Below, piece by piece: positions 61,911-64,000 of a stretch of 64,000 nt of DNA. This DNA is from Escherichia phage vB_EcoM_MM02: sequence record MK373784.1; one strand, given 5' to 3'. The notes beneath the pieces are model-generated. The model was not told the DNA's origin. It searched no databases and saw only the letters and a program-made list of their open reading frames with translations. Position numbers and translations under genes: made by a program. Within the stretch, counting starts at the first letter, position 1; each line of letters opens with the position of its first letter.

Positions 61911-62174
61911 TCATATCTCAACTTCCGCGAGTTCCATATATCCTTTGTTGATAACCTCTTTAAGGTCTTTAGAAAGAATAACACCAAAATGGTCGTTCAT
62001 ATGTCCGTTAACTAAACGAGTTATTTCGGCTTCAGATGACATATAAGGCACGTCCGAGTCCCAGTGAGATAGGCCTAAATGGGTATAAATCATCCCTTCG
62101 TCATCTGCAGTGTTGTACATTGAAACAAATTCGCCTGTTACTTTATGTTTTGCGTAGAAAAATTTAAATTTCAT
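61911..62174 (-). CDS. hypothetical protein, 87 aa
   Basis: ATG 62172-62174, SD AGAGGA, promoter cassette upstream. Confidence 0.45.
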   Translation of the reverse strand: MKFKFFYAKHKVTGEFVSMYNTADDEGMIYTHLGLSHWDSDVPYMSSEAEITRLVNGHMNDHFGVILSKDLKEVINKGYMELAEVEI

Positions 62175-62193
62175 GATGTTATCCTCTTTTAGA

Positions 62194-62230
62194 TAGGACT
62201 ACTATATCATAGTCCTACTTAGTTGTAAAC
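62194..62230 (-). promoter_or_regulatory. early promoter cassette, family B
   Basis: GTTTAC -35 at 62225-62230; 8-bp arms TAGGACTA / TAGTCCTA. Confidence 0.45.
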
Positions 62231-62242
62231 ACTTTTGTGAAA

Positions 62243-62800
62243 TTAAAGATGAAGATACCACCCGTTGTAGTTGCTCTTGCGGACGATTTTCTTTAGGTCT
62301 TCATGGTCTCCCACGAACTTTATAGAATAAGAGAAGACGTCAGGTGAGGTTTCTTTGACATCTAATATAATAATGCAATCTGCGACTCGATGATTCAAGA
62401 AGGGCCCTATGTTGATTCCGTTGCCACCCGGATAATCACCACCGTATCCTGTGGTAACCGAAATCCATTTCGAATCCATCTGATGGGTCTTTACTTCTAC
62501 GCGTAGACCACAGTACTTAGGATGAGCTAAAACGTCCCATGCATACGTGTATGGGTCTTCTACGTCTTCATTACCTTTATTAACATATCCGTCTAGCCAA
62601 TTTGCTACTACATACTCTGCAAAGACTGCAACCTTACAACGTCGAACAACGTCTTCTTTTATTTGACCTGGATCTTGTTTCAACGAGTACCGAGCAGTAT
62701 CAGCGATCTTAACCTTCATTTCGCTAGTCAAAAACTCATTCGACAGGATAAATGTCGGAAGACTCTTCAGCCTCAACAGTCCCAAGTTCGTCTTTACCAT
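62243..62800 (-). CDS. denB: possible endonuclease IV (DenB)
   Basis: Position between ndd.x and rIIB; trimming ORF track (62863) to internal ATG 62798-62800 gives 185 aa. Confidence 0.5.
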   Translation of the reverse strand: MVKTNLGLLRLKSLPTFILSNEFLTSEMKVKIADTARYSLKQDPGQIKEDVVRRCKVAVFAEYVVANWLDGYVNKGNEDVEDPYTYAWDVLAHPKYCGLRVEVKTHQMDSKWISVTTGYGGDYPGGNGINIGPFLNHRVADCIIILDVKETSPDVFSYSIKFVGDHEDLKKIVRKSNYNGWYLHL

Positions 62801-63023
62801 AGATACCTCTAATGTGTAGTTCGCCAAAATAAATGCGGTCACCTTCTTCAAGATATTCTGCATCTACCGGTGGGATTTCAATAACAACTTCGTCACATTC
62901 TAACCAGCCATAGTGTGCATCACCTGGGTGTTTTACCAATTTAGCGCAATACACTGATTTACATTTATGATGGCCGCGAAGATTAGCGATTTTGGATTCT
63001 GATACGTCAAATGGATGAATCAT
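62736..63023 (-). CDS. hypothetical protein, 95 aa
   Basis: ATG ORF between denB and rIIB. Confidence 0.4.
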   Translation of the reverse strand: MIHPFDVSESKIANLRGHHKCKSVYCAKLVKHPGDAHYGWLECDEVVIEIPPVDAEYLEEGDRIYFGELHIRGIYGKDELGTVEAEESSDIYPVE

Positions 63024-63043
63024 AATTACCCCTAAAGAAAAAA

Positions 63044-63059
63044 GGGGACCGAAGTCCCC
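63044..63059 (-). terminator. terminator after rIIB
   Basis: ggggac-cgaa-gtcccc; minus strand followed by T6. Confidence 0.65.
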
Positions 63060-63064
63060 AATTA

Positions 63065-63991
63065 TTATTCTGCAAATAATTCAGTAACGTCTGAAATTAC
63101 TTCGTAACGACAAGTACGCATCTTAGCATCGCCATAGTCAACTGGGATAGATACAACATCACGTGGATGAACTTTAACCTTAACAACTTTATCTGAGCTA
63201 GAACCAAAGTGGCGAATATAAGATTTAGCACAAACGTGGAGACCGCGAGAACAGGTTTGAGTATCATCGTCGTTAACTCGAGTACGAGGCATTGAAACAA
63301 CTTTACCTGGGGAGTTATCAAATGTACCACTATAGCAGTCTAAATAGTCCTTACGAACTACTTTCCACGCATAGAAATGACCGTCTTCAGTGATTTCAAT
63401 ATCGTTTGCAACCAAGAAGTCGAATAAACGTTGTACAGCTTTTTCGCTTGGGTTTTCTAACAGGTTTTCAAGGAATGGCAGATAGAATTTAAAGTCTTCA
63501 CCTTTTTCCATAGAATCAATAATACGATTAACCAGGCCAGAACGAATCTCTATACCTTGATAAAATAAACTACCACCTTCAATAACAACATTACCGTCAA
63601 CAAACTTACTAATAGCTTTCTTGATGTTAATAAGTTCGACAGCTTTACTAAGGTTTCCTGCGACCAGATTAGCTTTAATTTCTTCAAAATTTGCATGACT
63701 TGATGGAGTCGCATTGTATGCTACGCGTCCTTCAATAATTGAAATAAATTTAGATGACGCATTCCATACGATTTCAGGACGATGGCCGCCGATAATAGGT
63801 TCATCATTTTCTGGAACTTCTTCAACTTTCGAAGTCTCATCTTCGGCTTTAAAATTCTTAACAATCTTACGAAGAGTATCTGTTGAAATGTCGAAGTAAT
63901 CAGCAATTTCCCGACGGGTCCATTGACCTGATTCAACCAGTCTGTAAGCTTCTAACTGTTCTTCTTTGGACAAGCATTTGATATTGTACAT
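63065..63991 (-). CDS. rIIB: rIIB membrane-associated protein
   Basis: 308 aa; N-terminus MYNIKCL and long blocks (DFLVANDIEITEDG.FYAWKVVR, CSRGLHVC.KSYIRHFGSS) as T4 rIIB. Confidence 0.85.
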   Translation of the reverse strand: MYNIKCLSKEEQLEAYRLVESGQWTRREIADYFDISTDTLRKIVKNFKAEDETSKVEEVPENDEPIIGGHRPEIVWNASSKFISIIEGRVAYNATPSSHANFEEIKANLVAGNLSKAVELINIKKAISKFVDGNVVIEGGSLFYQGIEIRSGLVNRIIDSMEKGEDFKFYLPFLENLLENPSEKAVQRLFDFLVANDIEITEDGHFYAWKVVRKDYLDCYSGTFDNSPGKVVSMPRTRVNDDDTQTCSRGLHVCAKSYIRHFGSSSDKVVKVKVHPRDVVSIPVDYGDAKMRTCRYEVISDVTELFAE

Positions 63992-64000
63992 AATGTTTCC

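Noticed and set aside
50896-62863. N-terminal extensions in the ORF track (gp36 from 50896, alc from 34618, nrdB from 37425, denB from 62863, and others)
   Set aside because: They begin at TTG/GTG codons rendered as M and overlap promoters or upstream genes; internal ATGs with SD give lengths matching T4 homologs.

Overview
This window is a ~64 kb segment of a T4-like (Tevenvirinae-type) myovirus genome in canonical T4 order, running from the 3' end of gene 20 to rIIB. Plus strand carries late genes: head morphogenesis 20-67-68-21-22-23-24, uvsW, baseplate hub 51-27-28-29-48-54, long tail fibre 34-35-36-37-38 and holin t. Minus strand carries early/middle genes: rnlB, hoc, inh, uvsY, 25, 26, alt, DNA ligase 30, the 30.x block, rIII, 31, cd, pseT, spanin pair, alc, rnlA, denA, nrdB, nrdA, td, frd, 32, 59, 33, dsbA, rnh, asiA, motA, 52, ndd, denB, rIIB. 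Calls rest on reading the translations against remembered T4 proteins, synteny and motifs; no database search was run, and small-motif coordinates are hand-counted (+/- a few bp). Main observations: (1) a perfect 55-bp tandem duplication (16019-16128) frameshifts essential gene 29; (2) a full-length class-I DAHP synthase (AroG-like) sits next to cd, which I do not recall in T4; (3) a NADAR/YbiA-like protein lies three genes downstream of DNA ligase in the alt-proximal 30.x cluster; (4) early promoters occur as paralogous cassettes with embedded inverted repeats, resembling PeSL-type mobile promoter cassettes, including a duplicated promoter-leader at motA; (5) a 295-bp ORF-free gap downstream of rIII; (6) td and nrdB are uninterrupted and no homing endonuclease genes are seen. 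No CRISPR array, tRNA, integrase or transposase was recognised. Many minus-strand ORF-track entries begin at GTG/TTG codons rendered as M; where an in-frame ATG with a Shine-Dalgarno was found I report the trimmed start.
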